In this document: positions 28,765 through 38,332 of the stretch, in pieces
Layout: each line of letters opens with the position of its first letter
How positions within the stretch are numbered: position 1 is the first letter of the stretch
Assembly (NCBI GenBank): GCA_040386275.1
Contig: JAZKFU010000003.1
Coordinates: forward strand, 46,554-110,553
DNA from: Patescibacteria group bacterium
GTDB taxonomy: Bacteria; Patescibacteriota; Minisyncoccia; Phycocordibacterales; UBA918
Direction: 5' to 3'
Length of the DNA stretch: 64,000 bases
Position numbers and translations under genes: made by a program
Notes under the pieces: model-generated
The model's database searches: none
What the model was told of the DNA's origin: nothing
The model's input: only the letters and a program-made list of their open reading frames with translations

Positions 28765-29286
28765 TTAGTTTGAAATTTCAATGAGACTCGACACTGACTC
28801 ACCCATCGCATCTGTCGCTTTTGCATCACTCGCTTCATTAAATGAGCCGTCATCGTTAGATTCGCGAAATAGAAAGGCCCACACTTGTTCCCCAACCAAC
28901 GTAGCTCGAGAGAGCGGCACGCTTACGTTACTACTACCTCCAGCCGGCAACCATACACTTGAACCGAGCATCGTTGTAGCATTATCATCAACGTTTTCAT
29001 ACACCACTACATATCCTGGTTCAGCTAGATTCACTTGGGAAATAGTGATATTTTTGCCCGCACGTTGCGCGCTTGCATCAATGAAAATTTCACCCACTGA
29101 ACTATTTTCCGATGGCACAAAATCTGTTTCCCCTTCGTTGCCATCCTCGCCGATAATCACTTGAGCATTCTCGTCACCAGGGTTACTACCTACATTTTTA
29201 GAAAAATCCACACTTTGACTCTCAACGTAAAAATATAATCCGCCTAGTAATAAAAAAACAATAATGAAAAAGGTTGATTGTGACAT
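28765..29286 (-). CDS. Secreted acidic protein, paralog of 33959..34489 (uncharacterised family)
   Basis: Shares LGGLYFY, PGYVVVYEN, LGSSVWLPAGG and LSRATLVGEQVWAFLFRESNDDGSF blocks with 33959..34489. Confidence 0.5.
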   Translation of the reverse strand: MSQSTFFIIVFLLLGGLYFYVESQSVDFSKNVGSNPGDENAQVIIGEDGNEGETDFVPSENSSVGEIFIDASAQRAGKNITISQVNLAEPGYVVVYENVDDNATTMLGSSVWLPAGGSSNVSVPLSRATLVGEQVWAFLFRESNDDGSFNEASDAKATDAMGESVSSLIEISN

Positions 29287-29361
29287 ATTGTTTAGTATAG
29301 CAAATACATTTTAAAAAAAATGTAGTGTGCACTCTTTAATGACGAAGCCGTGGTAATACCA

Positions 29362-29700
29362 CTAACTTACGTTTATATTCACTGCCATCACTTCAATTGA
29401 TCCTCCCGGAATTGCAAAATGCGGATGGTTAACAAATAAGCTTGCTGCGGCCTCAAGTGAGTCTGCCTCTACAAAGGAGTACATCATAATGTCATTTCGT
29501 GCGTCTTCAATTCCTGAGGCCGTAATACGTTTTGGTCTCCCTACCCCGGCGGTTTCTTTGATAACGTCAGTATGATGTTGCATCCAGTCATTCCACTGTG
29601 ATTGCATGACCGCTTCTTGAGTTTTACGTTCGGCTTCAGGTAACCCCATCCAGGCATCAAGTCCTTCGTGCGGCATTTGGTACGTGACGATGAATTTCAT
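29362..29700 (-). CDS. Hypothetical small protein (possible alpha/beta-barrel stress-protein fold)
   Basis: 112 aa, no signal peptide. No confident motif. Confidence 0.4.
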   Translation of the reverse strand: MKFIVTYQMPHEGLDAWMGLPEAERKTQEAVMQSQWNDWMQHHTDVIKETAGVGRPKRITASGIEDARNDIMMYSFVEADSLEAAASLFVNHPHFAIPGGSIEVMAVNINVS

Positions 29701-29805
29701 ATACAGTAATTATAACCCACCGGTGATTGTTAATACAGCCTCCGACCTGTCCCTGATTTCATTTCAGAAAACAAAAGGCCTCATCTATTATGGTAAAATT
29801 TCTTC

Positions 29806-30171
29806 ATGAACGCCGATACAAAAAAGATTCCCCGGATATATACCATGAGCTTTGCGAGCGTCTATGTTTTGTATATCAAAAAAGTCGAACGGAAAGGTCG
29901 GAGTAAAGACGAAGTTGATACCGTTATCAAATGGCTCACCGGTTACACCCAAGCAAAATTAAACAGCCAAATTAAAAAGCAAACCAATTTTGAAGACTTT
30001 TTTAATCAAGCGCCAAAACTAAACCCATCTCGGCAATTAATTACCGGGGTTATTTGTGGTGTACGCATTGAAGACATTACCGACCCTCTTATGCGCGAAA
30101 TTCGCTACCTCGATAAACTCGTAGACGAGTTAGCGAAAGGCAAAGACTTGGCTAAAATTTTACGGAAATAA
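29806..30171 (+). CDS. DUF2200-family protein
   Basis: [37 protein letters not shown] closely resembles the DUF2200 conserved core. Confidence 0.5.
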   Translation: MNADTKKIPRIYTMSFASVYVLYIKKVERKGRSKDEVDTVIKWLTGYTQAKLNSQIKKQTNFEDFFNQAPKLNPSRQLITGVICGVRIEDITDPLMREIRYLDKLVDELAKGKDLAKILRK

Positions 30172-30172
30172 A

Positions 30173-30979
30173 TTAGAACAACGCCACTAGTCGTTCAAAA
30201 AACCACACAATTGCAATTACCGAAATAATAATTGCGACTATCTTTACCGCCCGTGGATACCAGGTTTTTTGTTTACAATACAGCAATACTGGCAGTGCGA
30301 TTACAATAATCAGCAACTGTCCCAGTTCTATCCCAATATTGAATGACAACAATGAGGAGAGAAAGGTTTCTTTAGGTACTGAAATTTCGGTGAGTAACCC
30401 AGCAAACCCTAAACCGTGAAATAAACCGAAGAAAAAGACCAAGGCTGTCTTGGCCCACTGATGCGCCATAACTCGCAAATGTCCAAAAAATGTCGTTACT
30501 ATTGCCACTACTGCAATAGATAAGGCTATCACCGGCTCAACAATAGCAGATGACAAAACCAGAGTTCCCGTTCCTGCCAAAATTAACGTGAGTGAATGCG
30601 CAATAGTAAACGTAGTGACCAATCTAAATATTTCACCCACCGATACAAACATCAGCAGTAACGAGAGCACAAACAAAATATGGTCGGGACCAGCGAGAAT
30701 ATGCTCAATCCCTAACGAGACAAAATCTTTAGCATTATGAAAAAATCCCGCATCATTATTTTGCGTTAAGAGCGTAATATCATCAGCAGATGATACTCTA
30801 ATTTTTTCCGCCACTTCCGGACTTTGTGTTTCGGCAAATTCATTAATTTCCTCACTGGTAGCATCGGGATTTTCTTTTAGGAAATTAATAACCTCTTGAG
30901 GCAATAGTTCATGGGCTTTAACCTGTATCGTAACGGTAAACAGGAACATCAAGATAGTTACAGCCAGTACGTATTTCAT
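30173..30979 (-). CDS. HupE/UreJ-family membrane protein (putative Ni/Co transporter)
   Basis: GPDHILFVLSLLL histidine motif at the start of a 6-TM core, preceded by a signal peptide. Confidence 0.6.
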   Translation of the reverse strand: MKYVLAVTILMFLFTVTIQVKAHELLPQEVINFLKENPDATSEEINEFAETQSPEVAEKIRVSSADDITLLTQNNDAGFFHNAKDFVSLGIEHILAGPDHILFVLSLLLMFVSVGEIFRLVTTFTIAHSLTLILAGTGTLVLSSAIVEPVIALSIAVVAIVTTFFGHLRVMAHQWAKTALVFFFGLFHGLGFAGLLTEISVPKETFLSSLLSFNIGIELGQLLIIVIALPVLLYCKQKTWYPRAVKIVAIIISVIAIVWFFERLVALF

Positions 30980-30989
30980 ATACTCTATT

Positions 30990-32255
30990 TTAATTAGTAA
31001 AAACGGTCGAGTTTAAAAGCGCCCCGTACGTCGAAAGATTTTTTGCTGTAGCAGCATACGACTCAGCCTGTTTTGTATTATTGTTAGCAGCATATATGGT
31101 ACTCGCGAGCATTACAATATCCGGGTCATATTCACCGATCCTCATAGCCTCGGTAATTTTTTCCTCAGCTTCAGTTAGTTTATTATTTTTATATAATGCA
31201 AACGCATACGTGTAGGCAGCAAATAGTGACGGACGCGCATCATACGCCCGGCTAGCCCGTGTGAGTGCCTCCCCTCCATCCCCGTGTCTGGCCAAAAAGT
31301 AGGCGTATTCCAAATCAACATTTACGCCTTTTGAATCTCTATAAGCAAGGTCAGCCAGGGTATAGTATTGCTCCGCTTTCCCAACCTCTTTTTCAAGAGT
31401 GTAATAGTCACCCAAGGTCGTGGCGTACTGAGCTATAGGTAACACTTCAAATGCTTTAGTAAAATAAAGTAAAGCTTCATTTTTATCTCCTGCATCATAC
31501 GCAACTCGTCCTAACCCCTCCAGCGCCGGAGCGTAGTTAGGATAGAGCGCTAGAGCCTGCTCAAATTGTTTTTTCGATTCATCTGTAGCGGTGCCAAATA
31601 AAAGTTTACCCCATTCAACGTGCGCCCAAGCAATGTTTTCAGTGTAGACACTTCCGGCTGAAATAGCTGCTTCAAGAGCTTCACGTGCTCCTTCCTTATC
31701 TCCATATAATTCTCGCACGTACGCTATCCGTGTATAGGAACTGAAATTCGGTTTTAGCGAAACCATTTTTTGCAGTGATTGTTGAGCTGCTTCATACTGA
31801 CCCAATTCAATCTCTGCATCGGTTTTAATCCCATAATACGTTGCAGCCGTATCATCAAGGGCAAGCGCCTCGTTTATCAGTTCTAAGCCTTCGTTAAATT
31901 CATGACGACCATTAGCTAGCTCCGCACGTTTAGCCAGCACTCGGGCATCGGTTGGACGAGCAGATTGGGCCGTAGTCAAAACGGTATCAATTTTTTCATA
32001 CAATCGAGCATCTCCCGTCTCCCGAATAGTTTGCAGGTACAATTCAGATAATGATAACGCTATATTTACATTAGTGGGATCAGCTGCTAATTGTGCTTCT
32101 ACTGTAGCGACGCGTGCACTTGTAGCAGTAGGTATTTCAGCTACAACCTCACTTTTGGCGTCGTTAATTTGTGACCAAATATAAAGTCCGCTACTCACCA
32201 TAGCTATGCTAGCGACGAGGGCAAAAAGTGTATTACTGGTGAGTGTCTTAGACAT
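30990..32255 (-). CDS. TPR-repeat protein, membrane anchored
   Basis: Multiple 34-residue A/L/Y-rich repeats (ALALYPNYAPALEGLGRVAYDAGD). Confidence 0.7.
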   Translation of the reverse strand: MSKTLTSNTLFALVASIAMVSSGLYIWSQINDAKSEVVAEIPTATSARVATVEAQLAADPTNVNIALSLSELYLQTIRETGDARLYEKIDTVLTTAQSARPTDARVLAKRAELANGRHEFNEGLELINEALALDDTAATYYGIKTDAEIELGQYEAAQQSLQKMVSLKPNFSSYTRIAYVRELYGDKEGAREALEAAISAGSVYTENIAWAHVEWGKLLFGTATDESKKQFEQALALYPNYAPALEGLGRVAYDAGDKNEALLYFTKAFEVLPIAQYATTLGDYYTLEKEVGKAEQYYTLADLAYRDSKGVNVDLEYAYFLARHGDGGEALTRASRAYDARPSLFAAYTYAFALYKNNKLTEAEEKITEAMRIGEYDPDIVMLASTIYAANNNTKQAESYAATAKNLSTYGALLNSTVFTN

Positions 32256-32327
32256 ATGTGAATAGAGTAATTGTACGGAATACTATCCGAAACACGAGCG
32301 TCAATGCGCCCGTGTTCCAAATACTAT

Positions 32328-33815
32328 TTACTGTTGATGCGGCACTGATTCAAAACCACTCCATGGCAGCGCGAGGTACGGGAAAGTAGTTCTAAATTCA
32401 GCATCGTTTTTATCTACCCCATCACCCAACTGTGCGGCGAGTGGGTCTGCGTTAAATTCTGGATGAAAGAGTGGGTAGGCGGCTCCGGCCACTGCTTTAA
32501 TCGAGATATCAGTCACATCGTCAGCGAGTCGACGGCCGTTTGGATACCCTTGATTATCGCCAGCAACTACTCCGAGACTATTTGGAGTCACGGTTGGAGC
32601 TACAGCGAGGTTCAATCGAAGTTGTTCAGACGGAGTTACGGTAGCTGTCTTAGTTAACCCGGGGATACCGGTAAGGAAGATGGCAATTAAGTCATCACGT
32701 TGCTTGTCTGTTCCAAACGCTCCTTGAGGTGGAACTTGGATGTTATACAACGCCTTAAGGAGATTACCGAGTTCTGGATTGGCTACGTATTGAGCAAATT
32801 GTGCATCGTCACTTGGCTTTGATGCGTTCCATACATCTTTATCACCGAGCGGGATAACCACTTCGTTCACGAGCGGTGCACCCAACCGTGAGACTTGCAC
32901 CCAGTCACCTTTATCTTTATTGTGTTTTGGATCCTTATCTTTTGCATTGCGCAATACATTCATTGCTTGTCGTGAAGAGGTAGTCCAGACACCAACTACA
33001 GCATTATCTGCTTCTACTTGAGTTGGCACTTTTCCGTCCTTAGATAGTTCTGTGATGGGTACTTGAATAGCAATTGATTGCACATTGTATCCTTTGAGAC
33101 CATCTACACCTCCACCATCATTACCCGGCAACTTTCGAATCGTTAGAAGATCAAACAATCCTCCTAAATCAACAAAGAATGGATCATCACTTTGTCCGGC
33201 AAATACCTTCCCACCACTTGATAGTGGCGTTATAGCCATGTCTTGTAGTTTCTTGTAGTCAGGAGTTGATTTTGGACCAACGTTTGAGGGTGGTACTGGC
33301 ACATTATCTCCAATCACAATACTTTTACTTTTACCTTTATCGTCATACGCCACCTTGGTCACGGTGTATTTCTGACGGACATTAAAGTCTGGATCATTTA
33401 AGGCAGTGATTGCTCCTGTGTTATAGAGGAAGGTGTTTTTGTTATTTATTGTAGTTGTAAATCGAAATTGGTAGGCAATGTCTTCTTTTGCATCACCATC
33501 GTTATCGATTTTAATTTCGTACAGTACATTATCATCAAACGAGTAAAAGTTTGGTCCTCCACCCGGTTCTTGAAATGGTAGGTAGTTAGCGATAATGGTT
33601 GCAGTTTTTGCATTATCGGGACTCACAAACGCAAAGAGGTCAGTAGCGTCAGCTTTCGGGTCGCCACTAATCATCGGTGCTTCGCGGTGACTCGAAGCGC
33701 TGGTGAATTGACTTACTCCCAGCAACCCCGCTACGGTTCCCGCAATTAATACGAGCGTCACTCCTTTTGTACCTATTCTTTTAACATCACTTTGATAATT
33801 ATTTATATGATACAT
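32328..33815 (-). CDS. DUF4331-family secreted protein
   Basis: SSHREAPMISGDPKADATDLFAF, the N-terminal SHREAP signature of DUF4331. Signal anchor. 495 aa. Confidence 0.65.
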   Translation of the reverse strand: MYHINNYQSDVKRIGTKGVTLVLIAGTVAGLLGVSQFTSASSHREAPMISGDPKADATDLFAFVSPDNAKTATIIANYLPFQEPGGGPNFYSFDDNVLYEIKIDNDGDAKEDIAYQFRFTTTINNKNTFLYNTGAITALNDPDFNVRQKYTVTKVAYDDKGKSKSIVIGDNVPVPPSNVGPKSTPDYKKLQDMAITPLSSGGKVFAGQSDDPFFVDLGGLFDLLTIRKLPGNDGGGVDGLKGYNVQSIAIQVPITELSKDGKVPTQVEADNAVVGVWTTSSRQAMNVLRNAKDKDPKHNKDKGDWVQVSRLGAPLVNEVVIPLGDKDVWNASKPSDDAQFAQYVANPELGNLLKALYNIQVPPQGAFGTDKQRDDLIAIFLTGIPGLTKTATVTPSEQLRLNLAVAPTVTPNSLGVVAGDNQGYPNGRRLADDVTDISIKAVAGAAYPLFHPEFNADPLAAQLGDGVDKNDAEFRTTFPYLALPWSGFESVPHQQ

Positions 33816-33958
33816 AATTGTTACGATTATTATTACTTAATAACGTTAACTAATTATACTATACTTAACTAAGTTAAGTATATTGCCAAGGGGATATTTC
33901 CGTATCATAAAAAGCACCCTCGAGTATACGGGTGCTTATGCACTTATTAGCATGTACC

Positions 33959-34489
33959 CTACAATGTAATTCCCGCGCTCTCTTCGGCGGCAGCGTTTAT
34001 GGTAAACCACCCAGCAATGGGTTCCCCGTTACTGCCCTCAATCGGAGTATCTATTGACGGGTCAAACGTGTCATCACCATTAGATTCACTATGTAGCATC
34101 GCCCAAAGTTTCTCACCGTCGCTTGCGTCTCGACTCAATGCAACAAAAACGTCGTCATTTTCTCCCGCCGCCAACAGTGAACTTGTGCCGAGGATATCTC
34201 CCGGTTTCCCATTACCATCAGCGTGGATTACTACATACCCCGGCATTTTCAAATCTACCTTGTTTACTTGAACACGTGCCCCCGGACGTTGCTCCATAGC
34301 AAACACGGCGTTATCTTCCATTTGCAAACCACTCGTGGTGTCTCCACTAGTCGCAGTGGTTGAACTTTCTCCACCAAAAATATCAGGCATCTCTACCCCA
34401 CTCGTAAGTGGGTTTTCACGATTACTCATAAAATAATACAATCCACCGATAACAATTAGGGCAATAAGGATAAATACGATATATCTCAT
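33959..34489 (-). CDS. Secreted acidic protein, paralog of 28765..29286
   Basis: See 28765..29286. Sits at the head of the DUF4331-TPR-HupE gene string. Confidence 0.5.
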   Translation of the reverse strand: MRYIVFILIALIVIGGLYYFMSNRENPLTSGVEMPDIFGGESSTTATSGDTTSGLQMEDNAVFAMEQRPGARVQVNKVDLKMPGYVVIHADGNGKPGDILGTSSLLAAGENDDVFVALSRDASDGEKLWAMLHSESNGDDTFDPSIDTPIEGSNGEPIAGWFTINAAAEESAGITL

Positions 34490-34598
34490 ACAATAATTAT
34501 AACAAATCAGAGTAACAAAATCACAATCGAGCTTCGCGCTACACTACAAACAAAAAGACCCACCACCACAAGCAGGTCTTTCTGCTGTGCACAGTAGG

Positions 34599-34883
34599 TC
34601 AGTGCCGTAAGTGAACATAGGGTGAAAGTGCGTCGAGGAATCGTTGCCGATCTTCCTTTTTGCCACCGGTTGCAATAGCTACAATTCGATAATTCAATGC
34701 ACCATCAGAAATGACACGCAAGGTTGTTCCGACCGTTTCGCGCCATACACTCACGATAAACGTGGAGTCTGGAAACAAAAGCTGGTTCTTAGTTTCGTCA
34801 CCCAGCCACCAGGTAGATTGCCCAATTGTTCGCTCTTTCATGTGTGGTGGTGAATAAAGAATCATTACTAATCGCATGTGCAC
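34599..34883 (-). CDS. Hypothetical protein
   Basis: 94-aa ORF; the alternative plus ORF 34644..34853 is also possible. No domain recognised. Confidence 0.3.
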   Translation of the reverse strand: MHMRLVMILYSPPHMKERTIGQSTWWLGDETKNQLLFPDSTFIVSVWRETVGTTLRVISDGALNYRIVAIATGGKKEDRQRFLDALSPYVHLRH

Positions 34884-35036
34884 CTCCCCTGTATCCGTTT
34901 TAAATAATACTCTTCAGACTTGAAAACTTCAAACATTACCTTAATAAAGAAGCGTCAAAATCCAGACCCAGTGCAGTTGACATTTATAAATATTAATACA
35001 TAATATTAAAAGAAGCACATTGTTAGGAGGACCACC

Positions 35037-36329
35037 ATGACCCGCAACGCTCGTCCTACCCCCGGCCAAATACTCAGCCGACGCACCATTTCTGAAGTGC
35101 GTCGCTACAAGGTCTGGGACTGCTCGAGCTGTGGCGTCACTGGCCTCAACTCAAAAAAATGTAAACAGTGCCCTCAGTGTGGGAACTCAAAAGACGCCAG
35201 CGACAACGAGGAGCGTTCTGTTACCGAAGTTGACGCGAACTACAAACATGAAGGGGCCGACATCACCTGTGAATTCTGCCAGACGGAAAATGAAAAGCGT
35301 TTCAGCTGCAAGCAGTGTGGCGCAGCGCTTAATTCAAAATTCGCCAAACAGGTACAGGGGTTTACTCACGCCCAGGCACTCATCATACCCACGCGCGAGG
35401 TACAGATTGACGATACCGGCTTTCTGCCTGATGCCGTTGAAACACCCTGGAACGATGGCTCTGCGCCGGTTGTTCTTAAAGAGCCGGCACCGGAAGTCCA
35501 CGCGCTTGAGCCGTCACCTCCTGAAGTAAAACCAAAGCGCTCTACTGCCGCTCCCCAAAAAGTCTGGGTAACAGAAACCAAAGAGGTGATAAGCGAGAAA
35601 CGTCCAACGTTTTGGATTGCTATCGCAGTGGCAGTGGTTGTAGTGTTGTTCATCTTTGGCATGTTTGTGTACAACCAATTGCACACGTTCACGCCAACAA
35701 CCGCTCGTGTAGCTTCTGTTTCCTGGACCTACTCTCAACCGCTTGAAGACTACGCGGCCCGGAATCATTCATTTGAAACCGAGCACGCCTTCTGGCGACC
35801 GCCCAATGATGCGTATGACATCAGGGACGATATGGTGATTATGCGTTCCGAGCCGATTCTCGAACAAGTGTGGGTTTCAAAGTCCTGCACGCGTACAGAA
35901 AACAGTTCCTACGATGACACCGATGGTACCTGGGTACAAAAGTCTGAACTCGTCACCTACGACTGTTCGGAATACGAAACCAAACAAGTGGGCACCACTC
36001 CAATTATGGGCACCCGTTGGACTTGGAAAGAGATGGAGTGGGCACCCACAACACCTCTAACCGCCCGCGGGGATAGTCACACCGTGACCTACCCGCAGTT
36101 TGTTCCAACCAACACCCTGAGGCGGGGCGGAACCGCTACCACCACCTTTAGCGTCCTGTTCACGTATACGGACGATGATGGTGAGATTCAGTCTGCCAAG
36201 CGTGACTACTCTCGACCCATCTGGGAACAGACAAAAGTCGGCATGACCTTTGATGGACTGGTAGACGGTTTCGACCGTCTCAAAGCTATCAAAGGTCTCG
36301 ACCCTGAGTACACAGAACTGATGAAGTAA
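35037..36329 (+). CDS. Double zinc-ribbon membrane protein with extracytoplasmic C-terminal domain
   Basis: AGGAGG RBS. Two CxxC...CxxC ribbons in the first 100 aa, one TM helix (FWIAIAVAVVVVLFIFGMFVY), then a 210-aa W-rich domain. GC ~54%. Confidence 0.6.
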   Translation: MTRNARPTPGQILSRRTISEVRRYKVWDCSSCGVTGLNSKKCKQCPQCGNSKDASDNEERSVTEVDANYKHEGADITCEFCQTENEKRFSCKQCGAALNSKFAKQVQGFTHAQALIIPTREVQIDDTGFLPDAVETPWNDGSAPVVLKEPAPEVHALEPSPPEVKPKRSTAAPQKVWVTETKEVISEKRPTFWIAIAVAVVVVLFIFGMFVYNQLHTFTPTTARVASVSWTYSQPLEDYAARNHSFETEHAFWRPPNDAYDIRDDMVIMRSEPILEQVWVSKSCTRTENSSYDDTDGTWVQKSELVTYDCSEYETKQVGTTPIMGTRWTWKEMEWAPTTPLTARGDSHTVTYPQFVPTNTLRRGGTATTTFSVLFTYTDDDGEIQSAKRDYSRPIWEQTKVGMTFDGLVDGFDRLKAIKGLDPEYTELMK

Positions 36330-36395
36330 CTTTCATCACTTACCCACGGCCGGTGCGTACCCACGCTCCGGCCTTTTTTAATATTGTCTCAACCT

Positions 36396-36995
36396 TTACC
36401 GAGCCTCCCCTTCAAAATTTGGTTCAACAATTGCCCACATCATCGTGTCGGTATCGAGTTTTAGATACGCACTTGTTCCCACTGAAGGAGGAGTTGTCAT
36501 TGGTTCGCCTTCTCTCCGCTTGGCATAATTAACCACCACTACATTTTTATGTCGCGGGTTTGGACTGTTTTCAATTGTTTGTGGCGCAATTCTGTCACCC
36601 AACAAAAAACCATCAGAACCCGTGTACCCGCTTTCAGTCTTAAGTGCAGCTACTGCATAATAAAATACGCCACTGCCTCCCGTTTCTTGCGTGAGTAAAA
36701 ACACCACATCCTCCTTGCCGTCATTATTTACATCACTTCGATATTCATTACCAAAATAACGCGTAGTAATCATTAAAGCAGAATCAGGCGCTGCGGAGTT
36801 TTCTGCCATACCGTTAGTAAGCTTGATACTCTTTCCATCAATGGTGTACGCAATATTTTTATAATCAATTTCAATTGGGATTGGCTGCTCCTTTTCACTA
36901 GTAGTTGTTAGTTCTGCAGGAGGAGAAGGTTTGAGAAAATAAAGGATGATAATAATTCCTACTATTACTACAATCCCTGAGATGATTTTTTTCAT
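36396..36995 (-). CDS. Hypothetical membrane-anchored secreted protein
   Basis: 199 aa with an N-terminal TM. No domain recognised. Confidence 0.45.
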   Translation of the reverse strand: MKKIISGIVVIVGIIIILYFLKPSPPAELTTTSEKEQPIPIEIDYKNIAYTIDGKSIKLTNGMAENSAAPDSALMITTRYFGNEYRSDVNNDGKEDVVFLLTQETGGSGVFYYAVAALKTESGYTGSDGFLLGDRIAPQTIENSPNPRHKNVVVVNYAKRREGEPMTTPPSVGTSAYLKLDTDTMMWAIVEPNFEGEAR

Positions 36996-37085
36996 TACTA
37001 TAAGCCTACCATAATATAAAGACTCCCTCTCCAGTATCGGTTACAAACGACGACTTTAATTTAAAAATAAAATATTGACCTGTCA

Positions 37086-37355
37086 ATGAAAGACCGGGCT
37101 GTATTACGCGTAATAAAAAGTGGACGTCCGCATTATAGAAACTTGAGATTATTTAAACTAATCAACTATACTATGACTAACACTAACCGTGGATCTGCAA
37201 CAATGGATGAACAAAAACAACGTCAACAAACAGCTCAATCTGGACAAAGCTCGGGAAAAGAAAATAACCCTGGAAACTTTGCTAATGACCCCAAGCGGGC
37301 GTCTGAAGCGGGTAGAGAAGGTGGAAAAAACAGCAAAGATGGCGGTCGAAGTTAA
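37086..37355 (+). CDS. KGG-repeat general stress protein (YciG-like); true start may be internal (37173 or 37203)
   Basis: GNFANDPKRASEAGREGGKNSKDGG matches the KGG stress-protein repeat. Confidence 0.5.
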   Translation: MKDRAVLRVIKSGRPHYRNLRLFKLINYTMTNTNRGSATMDEQKQRQQTAQSGQSSGKENNPGNFANDPKRASEAGREGGKNSKDGGRS

Positions 37356-37463
37356 TACTTAAATTAGCATGGTGACACAAACAAGAGAAAAACCTCCGGC
37401 CGGAGGTTTTTCTAATTTTTCCTATACGCGCGTCTAGGTCTCTCCCTGATGGAACACTATCTT

Positions 37464-38243
37464 TTAAATAGCAGCTCCATCAAGACCACGATCGCTTATA
37501 TACTTTTCAAATACTTCAGGGTGTTTACCCTCAATGCAGTCTGTAACAAATAAATCTGAAGCTTCACTACTTTCAAACGTCATATACGCGAGCGCTCCTT
37601 CACATACAATTTGAGGATTGAGTTTTCCTGCCATTTGCGCTGGCTTGTTTGGGGTAAATTCAAACGAATTAATCCAGGCCTCATGTTCAGTATAGGTGCG
37701 GGCAGTTTCATCCATAAACGATACCTGAGCGACATAGATTAGATTAGCCTGCGCAATTACATATACCTGCGTTGGATACAGTCCATCAATCCGGTACGTC
37801 ACGGCATTAGCTCCCCCCACTACTGCTTCAACGGGTTGACCCATTGCTAAAGGAATATTAGAAACATTAGGCACAGCCTCAACCCATTGGGCTGGTTGTA
37901 GTTTTTGGTCGTTAGCATAAATAGAAAGCATCCATGATGGTGAACCTTCTCCCCCCACACGACTCTGTTCATCTTGGTAATCTGAGGTTGGCAGTAATCG
38001 TAGTGTCCGAACGGGCATTGGCTCGCTAACAGTATCCGGCATTTCAAGCACGGTATAGCCATCATCCCCTACTGGATAGTCAAAGGTTAACCCCTCCTCT
38101 GGTAACGTATAGGTTTCAGTCTGTACGTCTGCAGTGGTTTGGATTTCATCTCCTTGCTTTTCATTATAAATAAAAGTATTAAACGCAAAAAACAAAACCC
38201 CCAACCCTACTATTGTAGTCACAATGATCAAAATGTATTTCAT
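37464..38243 (-). CDS. Hypothetical secreted protein (N-terminal TM)
   Basis: 259 aa. No domain recognised. Confidence 0.45.
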   Translation of the reverse strand: MKYILIIVTTIVGLGVLFFAFNTFIYNEKQGDEIQTTADVQTETYTLPEEGLTFDYPVGDDGYTVLEMPDTVSEPMPVRTLRLLPTSDYQDEQSRVGGEGSPSWMLSIYANDQKLQPAQWVEAVPNVSNIPLAMGQPVEAVVGGANAVTYRIDGLYPTQVYVIAQANLIYVAQVSFMDETARTYTEHEAWINSFEFTPNKPAQMAGKLNPQIVCEGALAYMTFESSEASDLFVTDCIEGKHPEVFEKYISDRGLDGAAI

Positions 38244-38332
38244 AAATATAAGTGTATGCCGATAAGACGATACACTTAGAGAACTCTTACACCAGCAAAA
38301 GTAATTTAGAAAAACCCAGTCGCAGTGACACG

